From Octopus vulgaris (lineage: Eukaryota), in contig OX597826.1 in NCBI GenBank assembly GCA_951406725.2, positions 30,628,001 to 30,692,000 on the forward strand: a stretch of DNA of 64,000 nt, in the 5' to 3' direction. The translations under genes were made by a program, and so were the position numbers. A model generated the notes under the pieces. That model did no database searches. It saw only the letters and a list, made by a program, of their open reading frames with translations, and was not told the DNA's origin. Shown here piece by piece: positions 12,027 through 25,495 of this stretch (positions are counted from its first letter, which is position 1; each line of letters begins with the position of its first letter).

Positions 12027-12872
12027 CAGAGAGACAGAGAAGGGTTGGGAATGGTGCTTTTCAAAAACAAAGTATTATGCGAAAAGCTGGATGTTCATCG
12101 TCAATTAATTCGGACCGTCAAATTTTCAATTGTATTAAGCTCAATCCATCTAAACTGATCTATTTCCAATATTTTGTTTATACAAAGCATCATTTATGGT
12201 TTTGGCATTCAAGAATCCTTAAAAAATATTCAAAAAATATTAACATATAATACCTGACTTTTCAAAACCTATTACAATAAAACAATTTGGATAGAATTGA
12301 ATGATGGGCACAGAATGTCATTTCGTGTTTCGTTGGAATTATTTTGGTTTCAAAGTCTGCCTAAATCCACCTTGGCATCGAAGAAACTAAATTGTTACGG
12401 TGCTTATTTGTAATAGAATCCCCGGTGGTTTTCTATAGCAATTTTCAGTTCCGTTTGGCACACTAACACCAATCTTCAAGCAATAGTGGAAAACACACAT
12501 ACACACATACATATTGTTGAGTCTAGAGAGAGTCATTATGCCAATCTTATTAACACACACACGCACTGTTTCCTTTCCACTCCTTTCTTAATCAATTGGT
12601 TAAATATCCAACTAACTGACTGATTGTAACGTGGTTAAACAGAAAGTAATTTGTTTTGTTTTTGTTTGTTTTTATTTTTGTCAAAGCCCTTTCGTTACTA
12701 TTAGCAACCTTTACAGTGGCTTTTCTTTTAGTGCGTTACAAAGGCCGTAATTGCCTGTGTGAAACCTTGTTGCATGCGTGTGTGTGTATCCCTAGACACA
12801 ACAAAATTTGTTTCAACAAACGAATTCACATGAAGTATCTTGCAAGCCAAATACAAAAACGAAGTGTATATA

Positions 12873-13682
12873 CAGCTGAAATTGCGAGGATGATCCGGTT
12901 CTTGACTGAAGATTGAAGGCTTCGAATGTCACGTCCGTGTTTTTTGTATCGTCTTCTAAATGTTTTGCGTTCTTGTCCCAGTTTGTATCTTTTTACATAT
13001 ATATATATAGCGACGCACGTACCCTTTTGTCTTATATGTAAGTACATATCTCTTTAAACTTGGTACGACTCTAAAACACTGTCTCTTCCCCCTCTCCTAC
13101 ATTTCTCTGCGCTTCTCACTTTGCACTTCACTTTGATCTATCTCTTTCTCACTCTCTCTCTCTCTTCTTCTCCTCCTTGGTTCCTTCTCCCCTCTTTTCT
13201 CTCTCTTCTCCCCCTCCCTAATTCCTCTGTCCCTCTTTTCCTCTTTCTTCTCCTCACACGTGACTAACTGACCGATTACCGGCCTTTTGTGCGGCAAGAC
13301 ACATTTTTTCTCTCTGCCCTAAGGCATTTTTCTAACACGCCAGCTCAAAGTTTACTCTTCTGTCGAAAGATACCTGTTTGTGACGTCCTGCTTTTGTTAT
13401 TATTATTATTATTGTTTTTACGTATTTTTGTATTCATATTCGTGTAATATCGTCCGTTTTTCCGTCTTTGTTTTGTATTCATTCGAGGCTTTCTTCCAAG
13501 GAATCTAATGCGCTTGGCTTAAATTTTCCTTGGAGCTGGCCAGATTGGAGCAATCTCAAGATTAATCAGCCGAAATTGCGAAGATGATCCGGTTCTTGAC
13601 TGAAGATTGAAGGCTTCGAATGTCCCGTCCGTCTTTTTTGTATCGTCTTCTAAATGTTTTGCGTTCTTGTCCCAGTTTGTAT

Positions 13683-13690
<8 letters not shown>
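12873..13690 (+). mobile_element. non-coding partial-tandem element (694-nt unit, 124-bp terminal direct repeat)
   Basis: 12873-12996 is repeated at 13567-13690; each copy is followed by a microsatellite. No credible ORF. Confidence 0.75.
13550..13615 (+). ncRNA. candidate non-circularly permuted hammerhead ribozyme
   Basis: GCAAT-C-TCAAGA ... AGCC-GAAA-TTGC ... TCTTGA-CTGAAGA-ttgaa-GGCT. All three stems and the core are present but in scrambled strand order. Confidence 0.5.
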
Positions 13691-13721
<31 letters not shown>

Positions 13722-13886
13722 CATATATATATATATATACACACACACACTTGGAAATGGATGCGTCGCGTTCAATTAGATAATAATAATAAATTATATA
13801 TATATATGCATATATATATATATATACATACATATATTTATATATATATATATATATACACACATATATATATATATATATATACA

Positions 13887-13922
<36 letters not shown>

Positions 13923-14337
13923 TGTATGTATGTGTATATATATATATATATATATGAACACACACATATATATATATATGGTATTTTTACACCTCTTAAA
14001 ACAAGAGAGAATTCTTTTCTCTACATTAACCGCAGTGAATTTGCCTTTAGAATTTTGTCAGAAACATTTTAACAAACCAAAAGTTCGTGAGTGTGTGTGT
14101 TTGTGTGTGGTTTTGTATTTGGTTTGCAAGATTCTTTATGTGAACTCGTGTGCTGAAGCATATTTTATTGTGTCTGAGGAAAGTCATTCCGTTTTAATGC
14201 CTTATTAATTAACACACTCACTGGTTCGATTTCCACTCATTTATTTATTTAATAATTTTTTTCTAAAATTTCTTCTTGCAACCTTTTGAAGGTTTGTAGC
14301 ACGTGATCGTCGCATTGACCATAACAGAGAAAGTTGT

Positions 14338-14810
14338 CTTGGAGATACCTGCTCAGAGGCCTACGCAAAGTTTCAAAAAGTGTACGGAGAGGAGTGCATG
14401 AGCCGCACACGAGTGTATGAATGGTTCTGATGTTTCTTGGAGGGGCGAAAAAATGTCGATATTGACGAACCTTCTAGGATACTCACAACCAGCAGGACTA
14501 AGAAAAACATCACAGATGTACTTGCAGCTCTGAGGGGAAATCGTCGAATCACCATCCGTGTGTTATCAGAGGATGTCGAGATTTGTTACGATTCCATCAT
14601 CACTGATGATTTGGGTATGAGACGCGTGTCTACCAAGTTTGTGTCAAAACTGCTTTCAGCTAAAGGCGGTGCTCCAGCATGGCCGCAGTCAAATGACTGA
14701 AACAAGTAAAAAAGTAAAAGAGTAGCTGAGCAAAAGGACACTCGGGTTTCAGTTGCACAAGATCTCCTTGATTGTGTCGAGAACGATGAAAACTTTTTGA
14801 AAACTTTGCA
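14338..14810 (+). pseudogene. mariner transposase N-terminal fragment
   Basis: LGDTCSEAYAKFQKVYGEECMSRTRVYEWF*CFLEGRKNVD...NRRITIRVLSED...LGMRRVSTKFVSKLLSA|EQKDTRVSVAQDLL, interrupted by a SINE-B tail at about 14661-14723. Confidence 0.85.
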
Positions 14811-15127
14811 TAGGACTCTCAGCAGGTATCGCCAAGCTTTTGGCAGAATTTGATACAGATTCTCTGCTATTTTTGATTTAAGATTTTCTTCGATTTTGAA
14901 CTGCAATTGTAATTTCATACAGCCGGTTATTGAAAAGACTGTTAGTTGAAAGGACCAATGAAATAAAACCATTTTCAAATGTGTGTCTATCAAAGTAATT
15001 GTATATTTATGCATATAAACTTACTCCGTTCCATTCGAAACAAAACTGTCCGACGAACAGTTTTTGTGATTTTTTGCTGCTATATATAGGCGCATGAGTG
15101 GCTGTGTGATTTTTTGCTGCTATATAT

Positions 15128-15550
15128 AGGCGCATGAATGGCTGTGTGGTAAGTAGCTTGCTTACCAACCACATGGTTCCGGGTTCAGTCCCACTGTGTG
15201 ACAGCTTGGGCAAGTGTCTTCTACTATAGCCTCGGGCAGACCAAAGCCTTGTGAGTGGATTTGGTAGACGGAAACTGAAAGAAGCCCATCGTATATATGT
15301 GGTTATATATATGTGTGTGTGTGTGTGTGTATGTTTGTGTGTCTGTGTTTGTCCCCCCCCCCCCCCAAATCGCTTGACAACAGATGCTGTTGTGTTTACG
15401 TCCCCGTAAATTAGCGGTTCGGCAAAAGAGACCGATAGAATAAGTACTAGGCTTACAAAGAATAAGTCCTAGGGTCGATTTTCTCGACTAAAGGCGGTGC
15501 TCCAGCATGGCCGCAGTCAAATGACTGAAACAAGTAAAAGAGTAAAAGAA
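15128..15550 (+). mobile_element. SINE family B, near full-length copy
   Basis: Complete head-CORE-microsatellite-tail layout. A 40-bp tandem duplication (15065-15148) straddles its 5' junction. Confidence 0.85.
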
Positions 15551-15551
15551 T

Positions 15552-15805
15552 ATATATTGTATAAAGGATCGTGGGTAAGGCCAGAGCAATGCGAAGTAAA
15601 TACAAGGTAAATCACAAGAAAAGAAATATATGAATTAATGTAGACTTACCTTGTATTCAATATTTCGGGGTTATGACCCCATTTTCAAGAAATTGACGAA
15701 TTTTGCCGATGTACGTGTTAATTCACATATTTGTTTTCTTGTGATTTACCTTACATTTACTTAGCATTGTTTTGGTCGTACCCACGATATTTTATACAAT
15801 ATATG
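15552..15805. repeat. inverted repeat enclosing a minimal hammerhead
   Basis: Arms of about 87 bp at 15552-15638 and 15717-15805. Confidence 0.75.
15656..15691 (-). ncRNA. minimal type I hammerhead, U3-A8 covariant core
   Basis: ttc-TTGAAAA-t-GGGGT cata ACCCC-GAAA-ta-TT-gaa, with palindromic AATATT. Confidence 0.6.
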
Positions 15806-16834
15806 TATATATATTTTGATCATGATTATTCGTATATCATTAGGTAGCGAACTGGCAGAATCGCCAGCGCTTTCAGTTTAAATCCCGCTGAGATAAAATT
15901 TGCCTTTCATCCTTTCGGAGTTCGATAAAGTAGCAGTCAAATGAGGTCATTTTTATTGATTTTTTCCCCACCCCTTGTGCCAAAATTAGAATGATGACAT
16001 GTATATGGCTGTGAGATTAAGATCGCTTTGGAGCCAGGTGATTACATGTTCACTTCCATTATGCATTACCATGGACAAGTGTCTTCTACAACTTCGGTCC
16101 AACCAACGCTTTGAGAGTGGCAGACAGAAACTGTATGGAAGCCCATCGTATATATTTGTGCGTGCATGTATGTGTGTTTGTCCCCTCATCGCTTTACTAA
16201 TGCTGCTGGGCTACTTTACATGGCCGCAAATTAGCGCTTCGGCAAAACAGACGGATAGAACAATTATCGGATTTATAATTAAGCAAAAAGTATTGGGGTC
16301 GATTTGTTCAACTAAACGCTTTAAGGTGATACCCCAGAATGGCCGCATTCCAATGACTAGAACAAGATACGGTGAACTATTTATACATAGCTTTTCACAC
16401 ATATTTTCGAGACACACGCAATATTACTGTCAATCACAGACCTATTACATCTCTCGTCCTGTTATCTTCTAATACAGTTATTCACAAGTCCCTCCATATG
16501 TGACCTCCCTCTTTGATTTCCTCTTTTTTTAAATCTCATTCATCTTTATTCGCTTTCAATTTGGGACTTTATGCTGCAAATTCTGCGATGTGCATTGATG
16601 CATGTCACCAATATTCACCGCCAAACTCTAAAACTTGAACTCCACAGGAGAATCTTATTAAGATATATGTGCGAAATAAGTATGGATGTGTGTATGTATG
16701 TTTTCGGTCACGTTAGCCTCTTCTGTATAGGAAACAATATATACAGACATGGATATATATTTATATGCATTTACATATATGTGCATATGCCTATATGTGT
16801 ATACGTATGTGTGGTATATGCATGTGTGTGTGTG

Positions 16835-16871
<37 letters not shown>

Positions 16872-16972
16872 ATATGTATACATATATATGTACACACTCA
16901 CACACACACACATATATATGTACATATATATGTGCGTGTATGAGTGTGTACATATATACATATATGTATGTG

Positions 16973-17003
<31 letters not shown>

Positions 17004-17290
17004 ATGTATATATATATATATATATATATATACATACATATATATATATATCCTTGATTAAGAAGTTGGAATTTTAATAAATTAATCTTTCTGAGCACTT
17101 CTTGGTAACTATATATATATATACATATATATATAGATATGTATGTATGCAATTCAATATACTGTATATGTGTCTGTGCGCGCGCGTGTGTGTAGATATG
17201 TATATGGACGTGTACATATGTGTGTGTTCGCGCGCGCGTTTACACATTCGCATAAGTAAAACAGTGCTTGCGTTCAATACACTAGTAAGT

Positions 17291-17354
<64 letters not shown>

Positions 17355-17441
17355 TACAGTTATATTGAACAATGGCACAAGTATAGATACGTGTATTTAT
17401 AGGAATATATATCTCACAGTTTCTTTTGATCTGTGTATGCC

Positions 17442-17480
<39 letters not shown>

Positions 17481-17688
17481 ATGTGTGTGTGTATATATAT
17501 ATGTATTTATATATATATATACACATATATATGTTTATATCATACATATGCATCATATATATATACATACATACATACATGCACAAATTTATTCATATCT
17601 ATACATATGTATAGAAAAGAGAGAGTATGTAACCATATGTATACATATGTCTGTATATACATATATATATACATATATATGTTGTATT

Positions 17689-17747
<59 letters not shown>

Positions 17748-17910
17748 AATGTGTATGAATGAGTGGGTAGTACATGTATGCCACTCATCATCTTATTGAA
17801 CAATTTTATAGGTATTGACATTATATGCACTTATGCTCATCTATTTCAATTTCTACTACCTTGTAGAATTGGAAACAACAACAACAACACTAAGAAGAAG
17901 AATAGAATTA

Positions 17911-17979
<69 letters not shown>

Positions 17980-18076
17980 TGCTCTTACGCATATTGTATG
18001 TTTGGATCACGACCGTGATCAACTGACATGTAAGAGATAGATAGCAAGATAGATAGATAGATAGATGGGTGGATGG

Positions 18077-18126
<50 letters not shown>

Positions 18127-20079
18127 ACGTATGTATGTATACGTAACTATGTGTGTGTATGTATACATATCTGTATGTGCAAATATTTCTGTAACTCTAC
18201 AAATCTGTATGGATGCTCGCGCATATACGTACATATGAGCATGCTTTGTATGGCATGTATGTATATATATATATATATATACATAAATATATATATTCAT
18301 ATATATATACATATTTATATATATACATATATATTCATATATATATATATATATATAATATATATATAATATATACACTTATATATACTCATATATATAT
18401 ATACATATATATTCTTATGCACACACGACGATGCTTGAGCACACTTCACTTCATCCTACCTGGATATATGGATATCAATATATTTCTTGAAACGTTACAA
18501 TATTAACAACTTTCGCATCACTTACTCTATATTGCACTTCCGCAACAACTACGCTGCAGCACAAATTTCTGTAGACAATGTGATGATAGAAAACTACGAC
18601 GTCAAATTGCTTAAACCTCATGGTCAGAGTTATTTTCTAAGTGTCGCCATGAAAACGAATTCATATTTTAAACCTCAACAACACTAATGAACCAATTTAA
18701 CAAACGCGCAGATTTAAAAAGACTAATCCAAATAAGTCAGGGGATTATCCACTGTGCGTGCGTCAATATTATACCGTATTTGTCAGGGTATAAGATGCAT
18801 CCCTGCTTTACAAGTGTATTTTTTAAAAAAAGCAGATTTACTTCATCATGCATAATGAAAGATATTCTGAAGTGGTTTTGTAGGGGAAGATGTATAAGTC
18901 TCCGCATCATAAGTACACGCTTACTCTATTTCCACTCTATCTTCTTTTAGATCAACAGCATAGGTTATCTTATACTTGTTTCAGTCATTAGACTGCGGCC
19001 ATGCTGGGGCACCGCTTTGAAGAACTTTTGTCAAGCCTGGTACTTATTCTGTTATTTTTTTGCCGAACCCTATCGTACAAGAAGGTAAATGCACTAACAC
19101 CGGTTGTCAAACTGTGTGGTGGGGGACTTACACACATACACATACACACACGCTGAGCTTCTTTTTGTTTCCGTCCAACAAATCCACTCACAAAGCTTTG
19201 GTCGGTCTGACACTTGCCCAAGTTATCACGCAGTGGGACTGAACCCTGAACCATATGATCGGGAAACAATCTTCTTACCACACAGGCACGCCAGGATTGT
19301 CATTCAGGATTAAGCTTGTATTTCTGACTGATGTCTTGTATAACAACTGTCGGCCACCAGGCTGGCGCTCTAGTTCTTTAGTCATCCTTTCGTCTCGAAT
19401 AGCTAAGAGACAAGTGAAAACTTAATACAGCTTTCATTTTCCGAAAATTTTTCATAAAGATGATAAACAGATGTTTCTTGAAGGTAAGATAGTCATTTAA
19501 TACTGTAAGACATAGATCAGGCGTGGGCTTTGTATGTATTATGAGATGATGTGCCTTCCCCACATAACAACCGGCATACAGCAAGCAATTTTTTGTAAAT
19601 TTGTGCTAACAAACATTGATAATTTAACATGTTTCCAGTATCTTATTATTTTGTATGGCAGCGAGCTGGCAGAATCGTTAGCACGTCGGGCGAAATGCTT
19701 AGCGGTATTTCGTCTGCCTTTACGTTCTGAGTTCAAATTCTGCCGAGGTCGGCTTTGCCTTTCATCCTTTCGGGGTCGATTAAATAAGTACCAGTTATGC
19801 ACTGGGGTCGATATAATCGACTTAATCCGTTTGTCTGTCCTTGTTTGTCCTCTCTGTATTTAGTCCCTTGTGGGTAGTAAAGAAATAAGTATTTCGTCTG
19901 TCTTTACGTTCTGAGTTCAGATTCCGCCGAGGTCGACTTTGCTTTTCATTCTTTCGGAGTAAATAAATTAAGTACCAGTTGCGTGCTGGAGTCTATCTAA
20001 TCGACTGGCCCCTCCCCAAAATTTCGGGCCTTGTTCGTAGATTGGAAAAGAATATTTTTCTTATTGATAATCACTGTAC

Positions 20080-20214
20080 CTGGCGGAACTTATGGTCATC
20101 CGGCTCTCTAACATACGGTGCTTGGCCTGCTACCTGCGGTACGGCCACATTAAACGCATGGCAATTTTGGGATAGATTTAAAAACAAGTTCTTCTTATAC
20201 ACCGGTAAATATTG
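20080..20214 (-). CDS. candidate 135-nt exon of an unidentified gene
   Basis: tgttag|...|gtacag flank an open 45-codon phase 0-0 frame QYLPVYKKNLFLNLSQNCHAFNVAVPQVAGQAPYVREPDDHKFRQ in non-repetitive, GC-richer sequence. No homologue recognised. Confidence 0.3.
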
Positions 20215-20831
20215 CTAACATTCAACACGCAAAAGTCGAATAGCCACGGTAGGGGTTATGGAAATTATATAAATGCTAACAATTTCAAATAAAAGACTTA
20301 GAATTGATATTTGCAAACCTGCTTTCAATGTAAAACTGAATAAACAGTCGAGAAATGAGTTGAAATGAAAGGCATTGGGGGAAAAAAATCATAAACGAAG
20401 ATTGGCTTAACAGGAAAATTTCTTCCGCACAAAGAAGTGGTCAAGTGAACGGTCATTTGATTTGAAATCCATCCATTCCTGCGAAGATTAATTCACTTTG
20501 AACATCTTCCAACTGAACAGCAGTTGATATTTGATGTTAGAGATTTGCGCAATAACAAATATATTTATGTAAATATATTCCGGTGCTGCAATATTTTACA
20601 CATATATACACACATTCATAGACGTGCGTGTATATCTATTTGTTAATCTATCTATCTGACTGTTTCTTTATCTGTCTATTTGTTAGTCTGTCTTTATTTG
20701 TCTGTCTATTTATCCGTTTATGTCTGTCTGTGCATCTATCCATCCATGCAGCTGTCTATTTGTCCAGCCATAGATACATCTAAATATCGTTCTTTGTGAG
20801 TTTGTGCCAGCCTAAATATACAAGCCGAGTG

Positions 20832-21211
20832 TGGAGGCGCAATGGCCCAGTGGTTAGGGCAGCGGACTCGCGGTCGGAGGATGCGGTTTCGATTCCTAGA
20901 CCGGGCGTTGTGAGTGTTTATAGAGCGAAAGCACCTAAAGCTCCACGAGGCTCCGGCAGGGATGGTGGTGATCCCTGCTGTACTCTTTCACCACAACTTT
21001 CTCTCACTCTTACTTCCTGTTTCTGTTGTACCTGTATTTCAAAGGGCCGGCCTTGTCACTATCTGTGTCACGCTGAATATCCCCGAGAACTACGTTAAGG
21101 GTACACGTGTCTGTGGAGTGCTTAGCCACTTACACGTTAATTTCACGAGCAGGCTGTTCCGTTGATCGGATCAACCGGAACCCTCATCGTCGTAACCGAC
21201 GGAGTGCTTCC
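20832..21211 (+). mobile_element. SINE family C (tRNA-like head)
   Basis: GGAGGCGCAATGGCCCAGTGGTTAGGGCAGCGGACTCGCGG...GGTTTCGATTCC with A/B boxes. Related copies at 25170-25455(+), 10367-10557(-), 36645-36952(-), 21617-21925(-), 31128-31460(+). Confidence 0.8.
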
Positions 21212-24116
21212 ATCACAAGCCGAGTACAAATACAACTCGATTGTGTCTAACTATAGAGAAGCAGTAAATTGTTTCAACGTGGTTAAAGTGTCTTATGAAA
21301 TACCCTGCGGTATTTGTTCCGAAACTCGGAGCTCAGAATTCAAATCGCTCTGAGGACAGCTTTGCTTTTTATTCATTCGGAGTCGACAAAAACGGCACCA
21401 ATCCATAACAGGAAAAATATCCTATATTCCAAATGGCTATTGGTGCTGTTCTAAGTATCTTTATATAATGTTTCATCGTTTTTCTTTTAATTGCCATCAT
21501 TGTTTAAACTGTACAGTATGTGCTTGCTGTTGAAATGTTAATCAAGAATGGTGAATTTGAGAGGGTTTTTTTTCTTTTGCCGTACCCTGTATACAAAATA
21601 TATTTTTTAAAAAAAACTGGTACTCCGTCGGTGACGACGACGTGTGTTCCACCTGATCTGATCAGCTGAACAGCCTGCTCGTGAAATTAACGTGCAAGTG
21701 GCTGAGTACTCCACAGACACGAGTACCCTTAAAGTAGTTCTCAAGAAGATTCAGTGTGGCCAGAATGTGACGAGGCTTGCCCTTTGAAATACAGGTACAA
21801 CACAGTTTTGCCAGCTGAGTGGACTGGAACAACGTGAAATGAGTATCTTGCTCAAGAACACAATGCAGGAATCGAAGTTATGATCGGGAGCCGAATTCCC
21901 TAACCATTAAGCCACGTGCCTTCACAGAACAAAATAAGTTCACATATTGGCTTCAAATTTTGGCACAAGGCCAGCAGTTTCTGGGGAGGGGGTAAGCTGA
22001 TTATACCAACCCCAATCTTCAACAGGCATCTATTTTATCAACCATGAAAGAATGAAAGGTAAAGTCGGCTAAATCAAAGATTAACTTCATATGTAAGGAA
22101 ATATATATTCACACATAAATCTACATCATCTCACAGTTTCTCTCAGATGTGATATCCTTTCTGCTATAGACACAAGGCCTGGAGTTTGGTGGGAGGGAGC
22201 CAGTCGATTAGATTGAACTGGTACTTAATTTATTGACTCCGAAAGGCGGAATTTGACCTCGGCGGAATTTGAACTCAGAACATAAAGACAGACAAAATAT
22301 TTATTTCTTTACTACCCACAAGGGGCTAAACACAGAAGGGACAAACAAGGACAGACAAACGGATTAAGTCGATTATATCGACCCCAGTGCGTAACTGGTA
22401 CTTAATTTATCGACCCCGAAAGGATGAAAGGCAAAGTCGACCTCGGTTGAATTTGAACTCAGAACGTAACGGCAGACGAAATATGGCTACGCATTTCGCC
22501 CGGCGTGCTAACGTTTCTGCCAGCTTGCCACCTTCTCACTGAGATGAAATATATTGTAGTAAAACATGTGGATGGCTATGCATTGGGCATAAATAACATT
22601 ATTTTTTTGGGTTTTATTTCACACATTACATTTTTTAATCATACAATTCTGACTACAACCATGGAATATTTCCAATACTTTTTTTTTTTGTTGTTGTTTG
22701 TATATCAGGATAGAAGACATCAAAATAATTCATTAAACAAATGAAAATTCTTGTATCTTTATTAGATTCCATTTAGTGCGATTCTGTCCCAAGAAGATTC
22801 AATCTGACAAAGAGTACTCGAAGAATTTAACAAAATAGTAGAGGATTGCAATTCTTCTTCTTGTTGTTTTCTAATACAAAATATCCAACGTTTGGTAAGT
22901 GGAGATATAACATTTCATTTATCTCTTCTGACGGAATTAACAGATTAAAATAATTGATTGCATCATTCTGCAATGGTTCAATGGTTCTTGGTAAGATTCC
23001 ACCTCGATACATATTTATTTTGATCTTGTTTTATTTGGAAACAAATTTTTGGCTGAGCAAACATCAAAGGGGAATTTGTGTTTGAAAAAGAATGGCGAGT
23101 CTCGTGATTATTTGTATTTATTTATTTAATTATTTACTACTTCTTTAATTTTTTCTTGTTTCAGTCATTTGACTGCGGCCATGCTGGGGCAACGCCTTGA
23201 AGAATCTTTAGTCGAACAAATCGACACCAATACTTTTTTCTTTCAGCCTGTTATTCATTCTATCCATACCTTTTGTCGAACCGCCATGTTACGGGGACGT
23301 AAACACACCAACACCAGATGTCAAGCTGTAGGGCCTCACACACTTATGTACAACAGGCTTCTTCATCAACAAAATCCACACATAAAGCTTTTATAGACCC
23401 AAGGCTATAATAGAAGACACTTGCCCAAGGTGCCACTCATTGGGGCTGAACCTGGAACCATGTGGTTGGGAAGCAAACGTCTCATCAAATAACCACATCT
23501 GGCCCATATATATTTATTGTAATTTTCAATAATTAAATTATGGATCATGCTCTAAATTAAAAAGCAAAAAGTGAGTACTACAGATCCCTTTACAAGATGA
23601 TGCCCAGATGATTCTTCATTATTATAAGGATTTTTTTCTGTGAGTTTCTCTAACAAATTCGAATTTGTCCCTGAAGATATTTGGTCTCTCTTCTTACATA
23701 ATTATCTAGCTTCTTTATTCCGTTTTTACCGGTGTCTGTATGTCTGTCTGCCACAACCGTTGTTGGTTTGTTTACATCTCCGTGACTTAGCAGTTCGGTA
23801 AATGACACCGATAGAATTAGTACTAGGTTTTAGAAATAAGTAGAGGATTCGATACGTCCGACTAAAACTCTTCGAGTTATGTCCCAGTTCAATAACTGGA
23901 ACAAGAGAAAATATTTTTTAAAAAGTGTTGACAGTGACTTCGAAGTTTCAGCCTTCTTAGTCTTTATAAAGCTGTGGTACATTTGAATTCGCTTTGATTT
24001 TACATAATCTCTATTAACATTTTCTGGAGCAGGGAGAGAGCTCTCTTGATAATTAAGTATTGTAGAGTAGGTAGTGATGGTAAGAGAATATGGATGCTTC
24101 TTATTGATATATATAT

Positions 24117-24480
24117 ATCGTCATCGTTTAACGTCCGTTTTCCATGCTAGCATGGGTTGGACGGTTCGACCGGGGTCTGGAAAGCCAGGAGGCTGCACCA
24201 GGCTCCAATCTGATTTGGCAGTGTTTCTACAGCTGGATGCCCTTCCTAACGCCAACCACTCCGTGAGTGTAGTGGGTGCTTTTTACGTGCCACCGGCACA
24301 TGTACCAGGGGAGGCTGGCAACGTCCACGATCGGCTGGTTGTTTTTATGTGCCACCTACACGGAAGCCAGTCAAAGCGGCGCTGGCATCGGCCACGTACG
24401 GATGGTGCTTTTTACGTGCCACCGGCACAGGTGCCAGAGTAGGCTGGCAACGGTCACGAACGGTTGGTGCTTTGTACGTG
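24117..24480 (-). mobile_element. repeat family D, probable LINE-related 3' end with (GAT)n tail
   Basis: CATCGTTTAACGTCCGTTTTCCATGCTAGCATGGGTTGGAC...CTGGATGCCCTTCCTAACGCCAAC recurs at about 29068, 38853 (opposite strand), 46108, 51626, 52060 and 54710 (tandem). Confidence 0.65.
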
Positions 24481-24922
24481 CCCATTTATGGTACACCGTA
24501 TACAGATAAAAGTTACTAATAGTTTCATGCTGTGGAGACACGTATCTTGCCAGGATTTTATTATACGGCTTGTGTCTTCAAGCAATCTTCAGGTTATTAT
24601 ACTCGGAGGACTTTTTCATAGAATTATCTCCTTACATGTCTCATCAGCCAGATATATCAGTAATATGCTGAACATATAAGGTGGATTCAGCCAGAATATT
24701 GGTTCAGGCCTGGGAAGGTAAGAAACTATTAACAGCCCGTATCTTCTGTGTGCATTAAATTATATTTATCTCTCACTATGTATAATGTTTGTGTCACTGT
24801 GACTTGGGTATATAATGCTATTTAACCCGTGAACTGTCAATGTTACTGCTGTTAATATTATCAATTAAAAATATTCACCATAGATGGTATTAACAGAAGA
24901 AACATCTTATTTTGAATGCTTT

Positions 24923-24959
<37 letters not shown>

Positions 24960-25108
24960 CAGTTATATTTAAAATTAAACTTTAGATAGATTTTAAAATG
25001 TAGTATCCAAACCTTGCTTTAGGTATGTCCCTAGTAGTGTGCCTTGAGAGGACGTTTACCATTACAGCTACCAGGTGTCATCTGCCATACTGCACTTTCC
25101 TCACAGGA

Positions 25109-25163
<55 letters not shown>

Positions 25164-25456
25164 GTGTGTGGAGGTGCAATGGCCCAGTGGTTAGAACAGC
25201 GGACTCGCGGTCGTAGGATCGTGGTTTCGATTCCCATACCGGGCGTTGTGAGTGTTTATTGAGTAAAAACATCTAAAGCTCCACGAGGCTCCAGCAAGGG
25301 GTGGAGATCCTTGCTGTACTCTTTCGTCACAACTTTCTTTCTTCTGTTGGCCTGCTCTCTTAGCCAGCAGGGTGGGATCATTTGAAGGCTAAAACAATGC
25401 GAAGCGCATTTTGACCAGCGATGTGTAGCAACATCTGATAGCCTGGTTGTCACGTG

Positions 25457-25488
<32 letters not shown>

Positions 25489-25495
25489 ACACATA

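Noticed and set aside
20832-20907. tRNA gene
   Set aside because: The tRNA-like head continues into a SINE body and recurs in several diverged copies.
22760-23012. coding-like minus-strand segment
   Set aside because: Needs a frameshift or stop read-through; no recognisable family or splice sites.
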